A DNA stretch of 64,000 nucleotides, taken from NCBI GenBank assembly GCA_963750165.1, contig CAVVPN010000004.1, forward strand, positions 288,001-352,000. Direction: 5' to 3'. A model generated the notes under the pieces. That model had not been told where the DNA came from, made no database searches, and saw nothing but the letters and a program-made list of their open reading frames with translations. The position numbers and the translations under genes are program-made. The stretch is from an uncultured Gemmataceae bacterium (lineage in GTDB: Bacteria > Planctomycetota > Planctomycetia > Gemmatales > Gemmataceae). The first letter of the stretch is position 1; the number at the start of each line of letters is the position of its first letter. Positions 12,170 to 22,190 of this stretch are shown in pieces.

Positions 12170-12589
12170 ATGCGCGTACGAGACATCATGACCGAAGGCC
12201 CCGCCTGCTGTACCCGGAACACCCGGTTGCTGGACGTGGCCAAAATGATGGTGGACCACAATTGTGGCGCCATCCCAGTAGTGGAGAGTCGGGAGCACCC
12301 TGCCCCGGTGGGCATCGTCACCGACCGCGACATTGTGTGCCGTTTGGTGGCGCAGGATAAGGATCCGCGCTACTTGACGGCCGAGGAGTGCATGACGCCG
12401 TCGGTCGTCACGGTGGACAAGGAGACGGAACTGGAGGACTGCGAGCGGCGGATGAGCGATTACCAGGTCCGGCGGATTCTGGTGACGGACGCCGCGGGCA
12501 ACTGCTGCGGCATCGTGGCCCAGGCGGACATCGCCATCAACGCACCAGAGGAGGAGACTGGCCAGGTCGTGCAGGGCGTGTCGTCGTGA
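12170..12589 (+). CDS. CBS domain-containing protein
   Basis: VRDIMT, GAIPVV, GIVTDRDIV and GIVAQADI. GGAG RBS. Confidence 0.93.
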   Translation: MRVRDIMTEGPACCTRNTRLLDVAKMMVDHNCGAIPVVESREHPAPVGIVTDRDIVCRLVAQDKDPRYLTAEECMTPSVVTVDKETELEDCERRMSDYQVRRILVTDAAGNCCGIVAQADIAINAPEEETGQVVQGVSS

Positions 12590-12661
12590 ACGCGGTGCTT
12601 CTTTCTGCCGCTGGCGGCGTAGCGGAAACGCACAAAACCGCCAGCGGCAGCAAAGACTGCG

Positions 12662-13093
12662 CTAGCGCTGCACCTCGGAGTCGAAGACGCGGACCTTTTT
12701 CCAGTTGTCCTTGTTCTCGTCGATGAATTGTTTGTGCCGCGCCGCGTCCTGGTACAGGTCGTGCGCCTTGCGGTCGGCAAAGATGATGTGCAGTGCCACG
12801 TCGAAGTCGCGGTCGTTGACAGGGCGGTCGAGCCCCTCGGCGACAACGCCGGCGGCGAAAAAGACCTCGCCGGGGTGCTTCGACAGGTACTTCTTGCAGG
12901 CCGCGACCAACTTTTCTTTCGCGGCTTTGGAATTGTCCTTGAGCGCGAAGTAGACGTTGTGGGCGATCAGCGGTCCCCTGGCCTGCTTCTTGTCGCCCTG
13001 CGCCGCCGCCTCGGTGCCGCGGCCGGCGTGCAGCGTCACAACCGCGGCCACCAGCGCGATCAGGGCGACGCTACCGATCATCCATCTGCGCAT
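12662..13093 (-). CDS. Dabb family (stress-responsive A/B barrel) secreted protein
   Basis: Signal peptide, then HNVYFALKD, DFDVALHIIF, YQ…HKQFI and VRVFDS. Confidence 0.85.
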   Translation of the reverse strand: MRRWMIGSVALIALVAAVVTLHAGRGTEAAAQGDKKQARGPLIAHNVYFALKDNSKAAKEKLVAACKKYLSKHPGEVFFAAGVVAEGLDRPVNDRDFDVALHIIFADRKAHDLYQDAARHKQFIDENKDNWKKVRVFDSEVQR

Positions 13094-13199
13094 GTCGGAT
13101 CTCCTGGAACGGGTGAGAAAACTCGCCGGGTTGGTGTACGAGCGCGGCCGGGCAGCGGTAAGCCCATTCGCCCAGCCTGACGCCGCACTTGCGAAACAG

Positions 13200-14408
13200 T
13201 CATCCAGCCCCCGGTAGGGGGGACAGCCGTTCAAAGAAGTCGAGATACTGCCGGGCGACGGCAGCCCAGGCGAACTCGTCGCGCGCACGTTGCACTCCCC
13301 GGTCGCTCAGTTCCCGACACTGGGCCGGACTGGCCACGAGGTCGCCGATTGCCCGCGTCCAGCCGGCCTCGTCCTTCTCGCCCACCACCAGCCCGGTGTC
13401 ACGCACCACGAACGGGATTTCACCGCTGTCGCTGCCAATGAACGGCACCCCGGCGGCGAACGCCTCCACCACCATGCGGCCAAACTGCTCCTTCCAGTTC
13501 GGCATCGTCTGGCTCGGGGCGCACAGCACGGTCATCGCGTTCAGGTACGCCGGCACGTGATCGTGGGTCACGTCGGTACACAACCGGACGCGGTCGCCGT
13601 GCCGTGCCGCCCAGGCCCGCAGCTCGGCCTCCATCGGCCCGGCGCCGACGAACAGGGCGCGCCAGTCGCCGCCGAGCCGGTCGAGCGCCCGGGTGAGCAA
13701 CCCCAGCCCCTTGTCCGGGACGAAGCGGCCGAGGTAGCCGACGACCGGCGGCCCGGACTCCCAGCCTAGCTTGCGCAGGACTGCCCGGCCGGCCGCCGGG
13801 TCGGGGCGGAAGCAGTGCACATCGACGCCCAGGGGAATGCGGGCCATCGGCTTGTCGTAGCCCGGCCGGCCGCCCAGGGCCGCGGCCACCAGTGAGCCGC
13901 TGCAAATCCAGCCAGCCGCCCGACGCAGCGCGTAGCGCTCGACCCACCGGAACGGCGGCGGGTAAGTCTTGCTGATGCTCTGGGCGGTGCGGTACACGAG
14001 CGCGGCGCCGGGCCGCGTCCACCACGCCACCTGTCCCCCCGCCAGAATGTACGGCTCCTCCCAGCAGTGAACGACATCCCAGCCTTCCGCCAGGACCGAG
14101 CGCAGCCGCCGGCCGTAGAGAAAGACGTGGACGCGGCGCGTGAAGTAGGCATCCACGGGGACGAGTCGGCACGGCTCGGAGTCGGCCGCCGTCAGCCGTA
14201 CCGGGCGGAGGTCGTTGCCGCCGTGAAAGTAGGTCGGGGCGACGGCCGTCACCTCCCAGGCGTCGCCGCCGACCCGGGCCATCTCGTGGGCCAGCCGGCG
14301 GTTCATGCCGACCACGTAGGAGTGAGCGATTGACAGCAGCCGACGGCGGCGCTTGCCGGCGCGCGGAGCGGCCGGGGCCGCGGCCAGCGGAGTGGTTGCC
14401 GGGGTCAT
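13200..14408 (-). CDS. Glycosyltransferase family 4
   Basis: GYLGRFVPDKG and EQFGRMVVEAFAAG (EX7E). ATGA overlap with the upstream gene. Confidence 0.9.
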   Translation of the reverse strand: MTPATTPLAAAPAAPRAGKRRRRLLSIAHSYVVGMNRRLAHEMARVGGDAWEVTAVAPTYFHGGNDLRPVRLTAADSEPCRLVPVDAYFTRRVHVFLYGRRLRSVLAEGWDVVHCWEEPYILAGGQVAWWTRPGAALVYRTAQSISKTYPPPFRWVERYALRRAAGWICSGSLVAAALGGRPGYDKPMARIPLGVDVHCFRPDPAAGRAVLRKLGWESGPPVVGYLGRFVPDKGLGLLTRALDRLGGDWRALFVGAGPMEAELRAWAARHGDRVRLCTDVTHDHVPAYLNAMTVLCAPSQTMPNWKEQFGRMVVEAFAAGVPFIGSDSGEIPFVVRDTGLVVGEKDEAGWTRAIGDLVASPAQCRELSDRGVQRARDEFAWAAVARQYLDFFERLSPLPGAG

Positions 14409-15283
14409 GCGCACACCATCTTTTCCCCGGCCATCAGGGCGGCCCAGAGGGACTCGGCCTCCGGGTGCCCGGCCGGATAGGCCAGCAGCTGAAACTCGCC
14501 GTCGGTGTCGGCGCGCTGGCCGCCGAGCACGAGCGGGCGGACCACGTAGTCCAGCCCGGCGAGGGCGTCCACGACCGCCTGGTAAGTGTGGTGCAGCTCG
14601 ATGACCATTGCTGGTCGGGCGCGCGCCAGCAGGGCGCGCCCACCGGCCAACACCCCGGCCTCGGCCCCCTCGACATCCATCTTGATGACCTGCGGATCGG
14701 GGAGCCCCTGGGCCGCGGCCAACGAGTCGAGCCGGCGGACCGCCACCCGGATCACACCGCACTCGGCCGGGGCCGCCCCGGTTTCGGCCAGTCGTCCCCA
14801 GGTCGGGGCGTGCGAGACGCGGAACTCGGCCGCACCGTCGTCGCTGCCCAGCGCGACCTGATGGACCTGAATGCGGTCGAAGCCGTTCAGCCCGGCGTTC
14901 GTGCGGATGCGCGCGGCGTTCTCCGGCAGCGGCTCGAAGCAAACCACCCGGCCGGCGCCGCCAACGCAGCGGGCGGCCAGGACGGCGGTGAAGCCGACGT
15001 TCGCGCCGATGTCGTAACAGGTCATGCCCGGGCGCAGCAGCCGGGACAGGGCGAACTGCACGTCCGTGTCATGGGTGCCGAGGAGGAAGCCGACAGCGGA
15101 CGGGCCGCCGTTGAAGCGCAGCCCCCGACCCAGGCCGCGCTGGATGTGTCCGTCGCGGTTGCGAAGGAGGTTCGGCAGCCAGTCGGTGGCGCGCTTGAGC
15201 AGCGGCAGCCGCCCGCGCGCCGCGGCCGCGGCCCGAATCCAGGAGGACGGGAGGCGGTGGAGCAAGTTCAGCATGAGTTTCAT
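14405..15283 (-). CDS. FkbM family methyltransferase
   Basis: YDIGANVG, CFEP and IKMDVEGAE. Confidence 0.9.
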   Translation of the reverse strand: MKLMLNLLHRLPSSWIRAAAAARGRLPLLKRATDWLPNLLRNRDGHIQRGLGRGLRFNGGPSAVGFLLGTHDTDVQFALSRLLRPGMTCYDIGANVGFTAVLAARCVGGAGRVVCFEPLPENAARIRTNAGLNGFDRIQVHQVALGSDDGAAEFRVSHAPTWGRLAETGAAPAECGVIRVAVRRLDSLAAAQGLPDPQVIKMDVEGAEAGVLAGGRALLARARPAMVIELHHTYQAVVDALAGLDYVVRPLVLGGQRADTDGEFQLLAYPAGHPEAESLWAALMAGEKMVCA

Positions 15284-15301
15284 GGAGGACCTCGGTCGCG
15301 G

Positions 15302-15895
15302 TCAGACGGCTTGCCAGATGATACAGCGCTTCAGCCCGTTCGTGCTGTCGTCCACCGCCTGCCACCCTTCCGGGATCGGCAGCGCTGCCGGCGACGGCCA
15401 GAAGTTCACATCGTCGATCAGCAGATAGCCGCCCGGCCGGAGTTTCGGCACCGCCCGGCGGACGCAGTGGGTCCGGTAGTGGCCGTCGATGACCGCCAGG
15501 TCGAGGGACCGATCCGGGAGGTCGTCGGCGACCCGAACATAGGCGGGCATCGGGTCGTACTCGGTTCGCTCGCCCTCGGCCTCGGGGTGGTCGAGGGGGA
15601 CCAGGCGGTAGTCCACGTTGCTGAGCCCCGCGGTGGCGAGCCGGCGCTGCACCGTGGCGTGCCAGTCCGGGTTGTGTTCGACACTCGTCAGCCGGCCGAC
15701 CCGGCGGGCGAACCAGACGGTGCTCCGCCCGCTGCCGTACTCCAGAGCGGTCATCGCCGGGCTCAGGTGCCGCTCGCAGAAGCGAACCGTTCCCGGACAC
15801 AGCCACGGGCTGCCGGGATGGAGTTTCTCCCAGACGTAGTACCGCAGGCGGACGGCGAACTGCCGTGGGTGCGTCAGCCAGTGCCGGAGATTCAT
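15302..15895 (-). CDS. Class I SAM-dependent methyltransferase
   Basis: LEYGSGRSTVWF, SVEH, VIDGHYR and LRPGGYLLIDD. Confidence 0.85.
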   Translation of the reverse strand: MNLRHWLTHPRQFAVRLRYYVWEKLHPGSPWLCPGTVRFCERHLSPAMTALEYGSGRSTVWFARRVGRLTSVEHNPDWHATVQRRLATAGLSNVDYRLVPLDHPEAEGERTEYDPMPAYVRVADDLPDRSLDLAVIDGHYRTHCVRRAVPKLRPGGYLLIDDVNFWPSPAALPIPEGWQAVDDSTNGLKRCIIWQAV

Positions 15896-17055
15896 GATAC
15901 CACCTCGCGGTAGACGGCCAGCGTCTGGCGGGCAACCTCGTCCCAGGTCAACGCCTCGGCCCGGCGGCGGCCGGCGGCGCCGAGTCGGCGGCGGAGGTCC
16001 GGGTCGGCCGTCAACCGGCGGAGCGGCTCGGCGAGGGCGTCCGGGTCCCACGGGTCCGGGACGATCAGTCCGTCTTCACCATCGCGGATCACCTCGGCCG
16101 CCCCGGCCGCGGCGCTGCAGACGACCGGCAGACCGCTGGCCATGGCCTCGACCGCGACCAGGCCGAAGGTGTCGTAGAAGGTCGGGAAGACGAACAGGTC
16201 GGCGGCGGCGTAGTAGCGCTCCACGTGCGGAGTGCCGGGCACCAGATGCACCCGGTCGCCGACGCCCTCACTGCGGATCAGCTCCCGGTACGGCTCGAAC
16301 GGCGACCGGGACACGGCGACGAGGTGCAGGTCAGGGACACGGGCGACTCCGCGGATCGCCGCCGGCATGGCCTTTTGCAGATCCCCGACGTACAGCGCCA
16401 GCGGGCAATCGTCGGCCACACCGATCTGGCGGCGGACCTCGGCCCGCCACACTGGGCGGTTGCGCGGGTGGAACGTCTCGGCGTCCACTCCGTGATGGAT
16501 CACACGCACCCCATCGACCCGGCCGCAGTAGCGGCGGAGGTCGTCCCCAAGGCGGCGGGAGACGGCGATCAGCCGGCAGGCGCCGGCGGGCGAGAAGGTG
16601 CGGCGGTCGAGCCAGTCGGCGACGGCGTAGAACAGCCGCTTCCGCCAGCTGGGCCGGCCCGTCCACCGGGCCAGCGCCGCGCGCCAGGCACCGTGGCACA
16701 TGTGGGCGGTGACCACGTTCTGCCGCAGTCCGCAGAACCCCTGGGCGTGAACGATGTCGAACTCGCGGCCGACCATCCAGGTTGCAGGCAGGGCGAACGT
16801 CAACAGGGTGGTCATGACGTTGCGCCGGTTGGCGGGGACGTGGTGGAACGTCAGGCCGCCGGGGTCCGGCTCCGTCACGGTGTTGGCGAACACGTGGACC
16901 TCATGGTCGCGCTTGAACCGGGTGGCCAGCTCGGCGACGTAGCGGCTGTGGCCAAAGGTCCGGTTGTAGTCGTGGACCACGTAGGCGATCCGCAGCCGGG
17001 GACTCGTCCCGGTGTCCACGAGGGAAGCGCTGACGGGGAACGGCAGGGGGTGCAT
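15892..17055 (-). CDS. Glycosyltransferase family 4
   Basis: HGVD and ADLFVFPTFYDTFGLVAVEAMASGLPV. Confidence 0.9.
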   Translation of the reverse strand: MHPLPFPVSASLVDTGTSPRLRIAYVVHDYNRTFGHSRYVAELATRFKRDHEVHVFANTVTEPDPGGLTFHHVPANRRNVMTTLLTFALPATWMVGREFDIVHAQGFCGLRQNVVTAHMCHGAWRAALARWTGRPSWRKRLFYAVADWLDRRTFSPAGACRLIAVSRRLGDDLRRYCGRVDGVRVIHHGVDAETFHPRNRPVWRAEVRRQIGVADDCPLALYVGDLQKAMPAAIRGVARVPDLHLVAVSRSPFEPYRELIRSEGVGDRVHLVPGTPHVERYYAAADLFVFPTFYDTFGLVAVEAMASGLPVVCSAAAGAAEVIRDGEDGLIVPDPWDPDALAEPLRRLTADPDLRRRLGAAGRRRAEALTWDEVARQTLAVYREVVS

Positions 17056-18212
17056 CAGGCAGACTCGGAATGACAGGGACGAACGAGGCCGGAAGTGCGC
17101 AGCAGGCGGACGGTGTGTTCGACCGCGAACCGCGACTGATACAGTTCGGCGCCCCGGCGGCCGAGGTCAGCCCGGCGTCCCGGGTCCGCAAGCAGGGCCA
17201 GGACGGCGGCGGCGATTTCCTCCGGCCCGGCGACCAGGACGGCCCCCGAGGTCCGCCAGAAGGGCTCGGACAGATACCCCTCGGTGGTGACGGTCGGGCA
17301 GCCGAGGGCCAGCCCGGCCATGACGCTGCTCCGCCGCGTGCTAACGCCATCCGGGTAGGGCTGGAGCAGCAGGTCGCACGCCGCCAGGTGGGCGGCGACG
17401 GCCCGCGCTTCCAGGCGTCCGGTGGCCGTCAGGCGGCCCGTCAGAGTGGGGAACGTGTCGAGAAATGCCGCGGCGAAGGCCGGCCCTCCCGGACCCAGCA
17501 GGACGCCTCGCGCTTCCGGGAGTCCGTTCAGCAGCTGTCCCAGGGCGGGTCCCAGCAGTCGGGTGATGGCCGGCCCGAACGTCCCGAAGTGCCCCACCAG
17601 CCAGCGCCCGCCGCCGGCAAGGAGTTGGTCTCGCACGGCGGCACTGTCGGCGGCCGGGCAGTCGGTCGGTAGGCTGCTCGGGATCGGGGCCCACACGGGC
17701 CGCGGGAAATTACCGGCGAGGTGCCGCAGCATGGGCTCCCATCCCGGGATGGACACGAACACGCGCTCGGCAGCCCGCAGCAGTAGCGAGGCCATGCCGC
17801 GTTGCACCGCCGCCAGCGCTGTGTGCTTCCACGGCTGGCCCGACTGGAACGGGAAGGCGACCTCATGGAACATCACGTCCAGCGGCCGCCGCCGCGCCCA
17901 CAGCCAGCCGCACAGCGGCACGTTCATCGCCCGCCAGCCGAAGGCGTGCGGGGTGTACTGCAGCAACACACGACCCGGCCAGCGGTCCAACTCCCGGTCC
18001 AGCACGGCGAGAGAGCGCGGGCCGAAGCCTCCGGGCAGACGGCGGACGGTGACGCCGGCGGTGTCGGCGTCGGGGCCGGCGGCGACCGGGGCGTACACAG
18101 TCACGTGGTCGCCGGCCAGCGCCAGCTGCCGGGCCACCAGGGCGGTGTAGTCCGCGACGCCGCCCGGCTGCGGCGGATACTCGCCGGTCAGGATGGCCCA
18201 GTGCATGGTCAT
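17055..18212 (-). CDS. Glycosyltransferase family 4-like
   Basis: EYPPQPGGVADY, MFHE and QPYPDGVSTRRSSVMAGLALG. Confidence 0.85.
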   Translation of the reverse strand: MTMHWAILTGEYPPQPGGVADYTALVARQLALAGDHVTVYAPVAAGPDADTAGVTVRRLPGGFGPRSLAVLDRELDRWPGRVLLQYTPHAFGWRAMNVPLCGWLWARRRPLDVMFHEVAFPFQSGQPWKHTALAAVQRGMASLLLRAAERVFVSIPGWEPMLRHLAGNFPRPVWAPIPSSLPTDCPAADSAAVRDQLLAGGGRWLVGHFGTFGPAITRLLGPALGQLLNGLPEARGVLLGPGGPAFAAAFLDTFPTLTGRLTATGRLEARAVAAHLAACDLLLQPYPDGVSTRRSSVMAGLALGCPTVTTEGYLSEPFWRTSGAVLVAGPEEIAAAVLALLADPGRRADLGRRGAELYQSRFAVEHTVRLLRTSGLVRPCHSESA

Positions 18213-18251
18213 GGAACGGCAGCCGGGACCGTGCCCGGGAGGACAAAAATC

Positions 18252-18344
18252 CTGACCGTCACGGATGGTGGGGCGGGCAATCTCAACTGGGCCGATCTTT
18301 TCGCCGAAGGCGTAAAAACCCGCCCCACCATCCGTGACGGTCAG
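18252..18344. repeat. REPIN-like inverted repeat pair inside the glycan operon
   Basis: 26-bp arms ctgaccgtcacggatggtggggcggg / cccgccccaccatccgtgacggtcag with a 41-nt spacer. Confidence 0.85.
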
Positions 18345-18468
18345 CAAAAATCCGATTCAGTGTTGGCTCGCGCTCATCCCACGGGGCTTCCCAGGTGTCC
18401 CGGAAGCCGTACCGGAGCAGGTGATCGCGCAGCGCCCCGGGCGAACTGCCGGCCCGGCTCAGCCAGGT

Positions 18469-19650
18469 TCATACGCTCTCGTGAAAAACGGTTGCCAGCG
18501 CTCGGACATGCGCTTCGGGACCGAACCGCCTGGCGGTCTCCCACGCCCCGACTGCGAGGCGGTGCCGATGAGTGCCGTCGGCCAGCGCCCGGACCAGGGC
18601 GGCGGCGAGGGCCTTCGGGTCCGGCCTGTCCCCGGGAGCGGACTCACCGGACACCCCGGGAGTCAGCCAGTCTGGAATGCCCCCGGTGGCGTACCCCACT
18701 GCGGGCAAACCGACGCCCCCGGCCTCCACGCCGACCAGCCCGAATGGCTCCGGCCAAACACTCGGCACCGCCAGGATGTCCGCCGCGCGCATCTCGGCGT
18801 TGCGGCGCTCTGGCTGGACCCAGCCGAGGAACTCGGCTGGCAGTCCGACGCGGCGCGACTCTGCCTCCGCCGCCGTGCGATCCGGCCCATCCCCGGCGAC
18901 CACCAAGGTCAGGCGCTTCCCCAGCTGCGCCGCCGCGGCCGGCAGGGCGGCGATCAGGTGGTGCAACCCTTTCAACGGCGTGACGCGGCCGACGAACAAC
19001 ACCCGATTCGACCACGGCTGCGGTGCAGGTGGGTCGGGGTCGGGGCAGGCGCCCGGGGGGAAGAGGGGGAGCAACCGGAGTCGGTCCTGCGGCACTCCGT
19101 TGCGACGGTACTCCGCGACCATGTGGCGGCTGGCGACGAGGACCGCCCGGTACTTGCCCAGGGCGGCCTGGCGGCGGCGCTGGCTCCGGTAAAGCTGCAA
19201 CAGAGTGAGGGGGTTATTCCCACCACAACGGCGAGGGAAGTAAGCCGCCAGGCAGCCGAGACCGAGGGGGCGGCTGCACGCCTCGTACCCCGGGCGGGCG
19301 TGGCACTTGGTGCCGCTCACACAGGTCGCCTGATAGTTGTGGGCGTACAGGACGGCCGGGAACTGGGCGGCGAGCGCCGCATCGAGGACGGGATCGGCGA
19401 GTCCCTGGGAGTAAACCACGTCCGGGTTCCAGTGCCGCAGTTCGGAGAGGACGGCGGCGGCGGCCCTCCCCCCGACCAACCACACCCGGACCGTCGGACA
19501 TTCGGTCAGGACCGGGCGCAAGGGAGCGTCGCACTCGGCCAGCACGCCGACTTCGAACCCGGCGGCCAGCAACCGCGGCAGCAGAGCCTGGAGGTAGGTC
19601 TCCACCCCGCCGACGATCCCCAGGTGCTGGGTGGCGATCAGGACGCGCAT
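18469..19650 (-). CDS. Glycosyltransferase family 4
   Basis: GGVETY, FVGRVTPLKG and PSVWPEPFGLVGVEA. Confidence 0.9.
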   Translation of the reverse strand: MRVLIATQHLGIVGGVETYLQALLPRLLAAGFEVGVLAECDAPLRPVLTECPTVRVWLVGGRAAAAVLSELRHWNPDVVYSQGLADPVLDAALAAQFPAVLYAHNYQATCVSGTKCHARPGYEACSRPLGLGCLAAYFPRRCGGNNPLTLLQLYRSQRRRQAALGKYRAVLVASRHMVAEYRRNGVPQDRLRLLPLFPPGACPDPDPPAPQPWSNRVLFVGRVTPLKGLHHLIAALPAAAAQLGKRLTLVVAGDGPDRTAAEAESRRVGLPAEFLGWVQPERRNAEMRAADILAVPSVWPEPFGLVGVEAGGVGLPAVGYATGGIPDWLTPGVSGESAPGDRPDPKALAAALVRALADGTHRHRLAVGAWETARRFGPEAHVRALATVFHESV

Positions 19651-20816
19651 GGCACCGAATACACCTGCTCGGCCAGGAGTCGGAGCGCGGCGTCCGGGTT
19701 GCGGGCTGCCACCGCGCGGCGGGCCGCCCGGCCCAGTTCGGCCAACCGGTCCCGGTCGGCCAGTGCCTGTTCGAGCACCGCGGCGAGGGCGTCGGCGGAC
19801 CCGGCGGAGACCATCCAACCGGTCTCCCCTGGCCGGACCCACTCGGCGGCGCCGCACTGGTTGGTGACCACGACTGCCAGGCCGCAGGCCATCGCCTCCG
19901 CGACCACGAACCCGAACCCGTCCTCAAGCGACGGCAGGACGAACAGCTCCGCGCGGTGATACGCCGGCAGCGGATCCCCGGGCCGAACCTCAACGGCGAG
20001 CCCTACCCGCTCCCGGGCCAGCAGACGCCGGGCGCCGCGGTCCCCGGTCGCGCCAACCAGTTCGATCCGCACCCGCTCGGGGCCGACCGCCCGGGCCGCG
20101 CGGAGCAGATACACAAACCCCTTGCGCAGGTCGAGCGACCCGACGTAAACGACCCGGAGCGGGCCGGTCGGGCGCTCGCGCTCCGCCGGCGGATGGAAGC
20201 GGACGAGATCGATTGGCTGCGGGCAGACGAACACCCTGGCCGCCGGGACGCCCTCCCGGATCAGCGACGCCCGCGCCCACTCCGACGACACCCGGATGCG
20301 GTCAGCCAGGGCGTACTCGCGTTCCACGCGCTCGACCAGCGCCGGCGTCGGGTGCCCGGGATAGGGCCCACCCACCCACCTGGCCCACTCCTCGCGGTAC
20401 ACCCGGGCGAAGCCCCGGATGTGTCCGTTCGGGCTGTCGAGCACGGTCGGCACCCCGTTCTGCCTGGCCCACTCCAGAGCCTCCAGCCCGACCTGGGTGA
20501 ATACGTACACCAGCCTCGGCCGGAGGACCGGCAGTCGGCCGGCAGCCCACACGCCGACATGCCGGTCGTGCCCAAGGATGAACCGGCCGGGCCAAAGCCG
20601 GCCGACGACGCGCCGCGCGAACCAGGACGGCCGGTAAGGGGGGGTGACCTCCCAGGTGACCGGCGCGGCGGGGTCCGCACCGAACGGGGCACCCGGCACC
20701 CGGCCCGGCCCCAGCGCGACGACCGGGCCAGCGGTCGCGAGACTGGCCACGGCGCTGGCGGCTTGCAGTCCGAGCCCCCCGGCCCCGGCGACTGCGGCGT
20801 AGATCACGGCGGTCAT
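19638..20816 (-). CDS. Glycosyltransferase family 4
   Basis: YVGSLDLRKG and LPSLEDGFGFVVAEAMACG. Confidence 0.9.
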   Translation of the reverse strand: MTAVIYAAVAGAGGLGLQAASAVASLATAGPVVALGPGRVPGAPFGADPAAPVTWEVTPPYRPSWFARRVVGRLWPGRFILGHDRHVGVWAAGRLPVLRPRLVYVFTQVGLEALEWARQNGVPTVLDSPNGHIRGFARVYREEWARWVGGPYPGHPTPALVERVEREYALADRIRVSSEWARASLIREGVPAARVFVCPQPIDLVRFHPPAERERPTGPLRVVYVGSLDLRKGFVYLLRAARAVGPERVRIELVGATGDRGARRLLARERVGLAVEVRPGDPLPAYHRAELFVLPSLEDGFGFVVAEAMACGLAVVVTNQCGAAEWVRPGETGWMVSAGSADALAAVLEQALADRDRLAELGRAARRAVAARNPDAALRLLAEQVYSVPCAS

Positions 20817-22168
20817 CGGCTCACCTCCGCGCACGCCTGGAGACTATTTCGGAGAATGTCGTCCAGTTCCGCCGCCCGGTGCGCGTAGCTCAACTCCTCC
20901 AGCAGGGCGGTTCGGTCGATGGTGAGCGGCTGCCGGCGATCGAACTTCGCCGCGCACACCGCGGTGATGGCCTGCGCCATCCCGTCCACATCGTCCGGCT
21001 GGACCAGGTACACCCCGGGTTTGTCCGCATAATAGTTCCAGTTCTCGCCCCGCGGGACGGCCGCAAGAATCGGCCGGTCGGTCATGAGGTATTCGTAGGT
21101 CTTGGACGCGATCCGCCCGCCCGGCGAGCCGTCCGTCCGGTTCTGCACGCACTGGAACAGCAGGTCCGCGGTTCGGGTCTGGCGGGCGATCTCGGCCCGC
21201 GGTTGCGGCCCGTGGACGCGGACCAGGTCGGCCAGCCCGGTCACCTCCAGCACCTTGCGGATCTGCTCCTCGGTTGCAACGCGGCCCCCGTACACGTCCA
21301 CGAACACCTTGCCGCGCCAGTCCGGGCGGGTGGCGAGGACCTGCTGCACGGCCCGGCCGACGAACACCGGGGTGTGTGTCCGGTGGTCAAGTCGGGTCAC
21401 CCAGTATCGTCCCAGATCGTCCCACGCCCGCTTCAGCCGGCTGAGCACCGGCCGGCGCTTGTACCAGTCGTACCACCCGCCCATCGAGCCGATGTAGACG
21501 ATCCGCACCGGGCCGTCCGGGTCGGGGCCGATCCCGGGGACCGGGGCGAACTCTTCCGGCTCGGCGCCAAGCCGGACGGTGTGGAACTTCCTCTGCTGGT
21601 CGGCCGGCTGTCGGCTGCGGACCAGCTCGGCGTTGAAGCGCGAGACGTACACGACGGCGTCGGCGGCCCGGACGTAGCGGTCCTCCAGCCGCCGGGCGTG
21701 GCGGTAGTGGAAGTACGTCGGGAAGCAGGCGTGCATGTCGGTGCAGCTGTGGGAGTCGCTGAAGCAGTAGATGAGCGGCAATCCGGTCTCGGCCTGCAGC
21801 CGCGCGCCGGCCATCCCGGCCCCGTACGGCATCATGAAGTTGACGATCATGCGGGGCTTGCGGTCCCGGATCAGGTCGCGGGCGAACCGGACCGCGGCGT
21901 CGTTCCAGTACACCGCCTCGTCGGGCCAGACCAGCCACTCGGCGAACTTGTCCAGCTTCGCCCGGCCGAGGGCACGCACCCATCGGGGCCGGCCGGGGTT
22001 CGGGACATGGTGGACGGGGACGCCGGTCAGGGACCCGCCCGGGGCGGCCGTGATCACCTCAAACGTCCAGCCGCGGTCGCGCAGCCCGGCCAGGAGTTTC
22101 TCGGTCCAGATCGCCCCGGCCAGCAGCCACGGCGGGAACTCGTAACACAACGCGACGAAGTCGAGCAT
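20813..22168 (-). CDS. Glycosyltransferase (GT4-like)
   Basis: YEFPP, IVYIGSM and SKTYEYLMTDRPILA. Confidence 0.82.
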   Translation of the reverse strand: MLDFVALCYEFPPWLLAGAIWTEKLLAGLRDRGWTFEVITAAPGGSLTGVPVHHVPNPGRPRWVRALGRAKLDKFAEWLVWPDEAVYWNDAAVRFARDLIRDRKPRMIVNFMMPYGAGMAGARLQAETGLPLIYCFSDSHSCTDMHACFPTYFHYRHARRLEDRYVRAADAVVYVSRFNAELVRSRQPADQQRKFHTVRLGAEPEEFAPVPGIGPDPDGPVRIVYIGSMGGWYDWYKRRPVLSRLKRAWDDLGRYWVTRLDHRTHTPVFVGRAVQQVLATRPDWRGKVFVDVYGGRVATEEQIRKVLEVTGLADLVRVHGPQPRAEIARQTRTADLLFQCVQNRTDGSPGGRIASKTYEYLMTDRPILAAVPRGENWNYYADKPGVYLVQPDDVDGMAQAITAVCAAKFDRRQPLTIDRTALLEELSYAHRAAELDDILRNSLQACAEVSR

Positions 22169-22190
22169 ATCACCTCGGGCCGCCAGGGGG

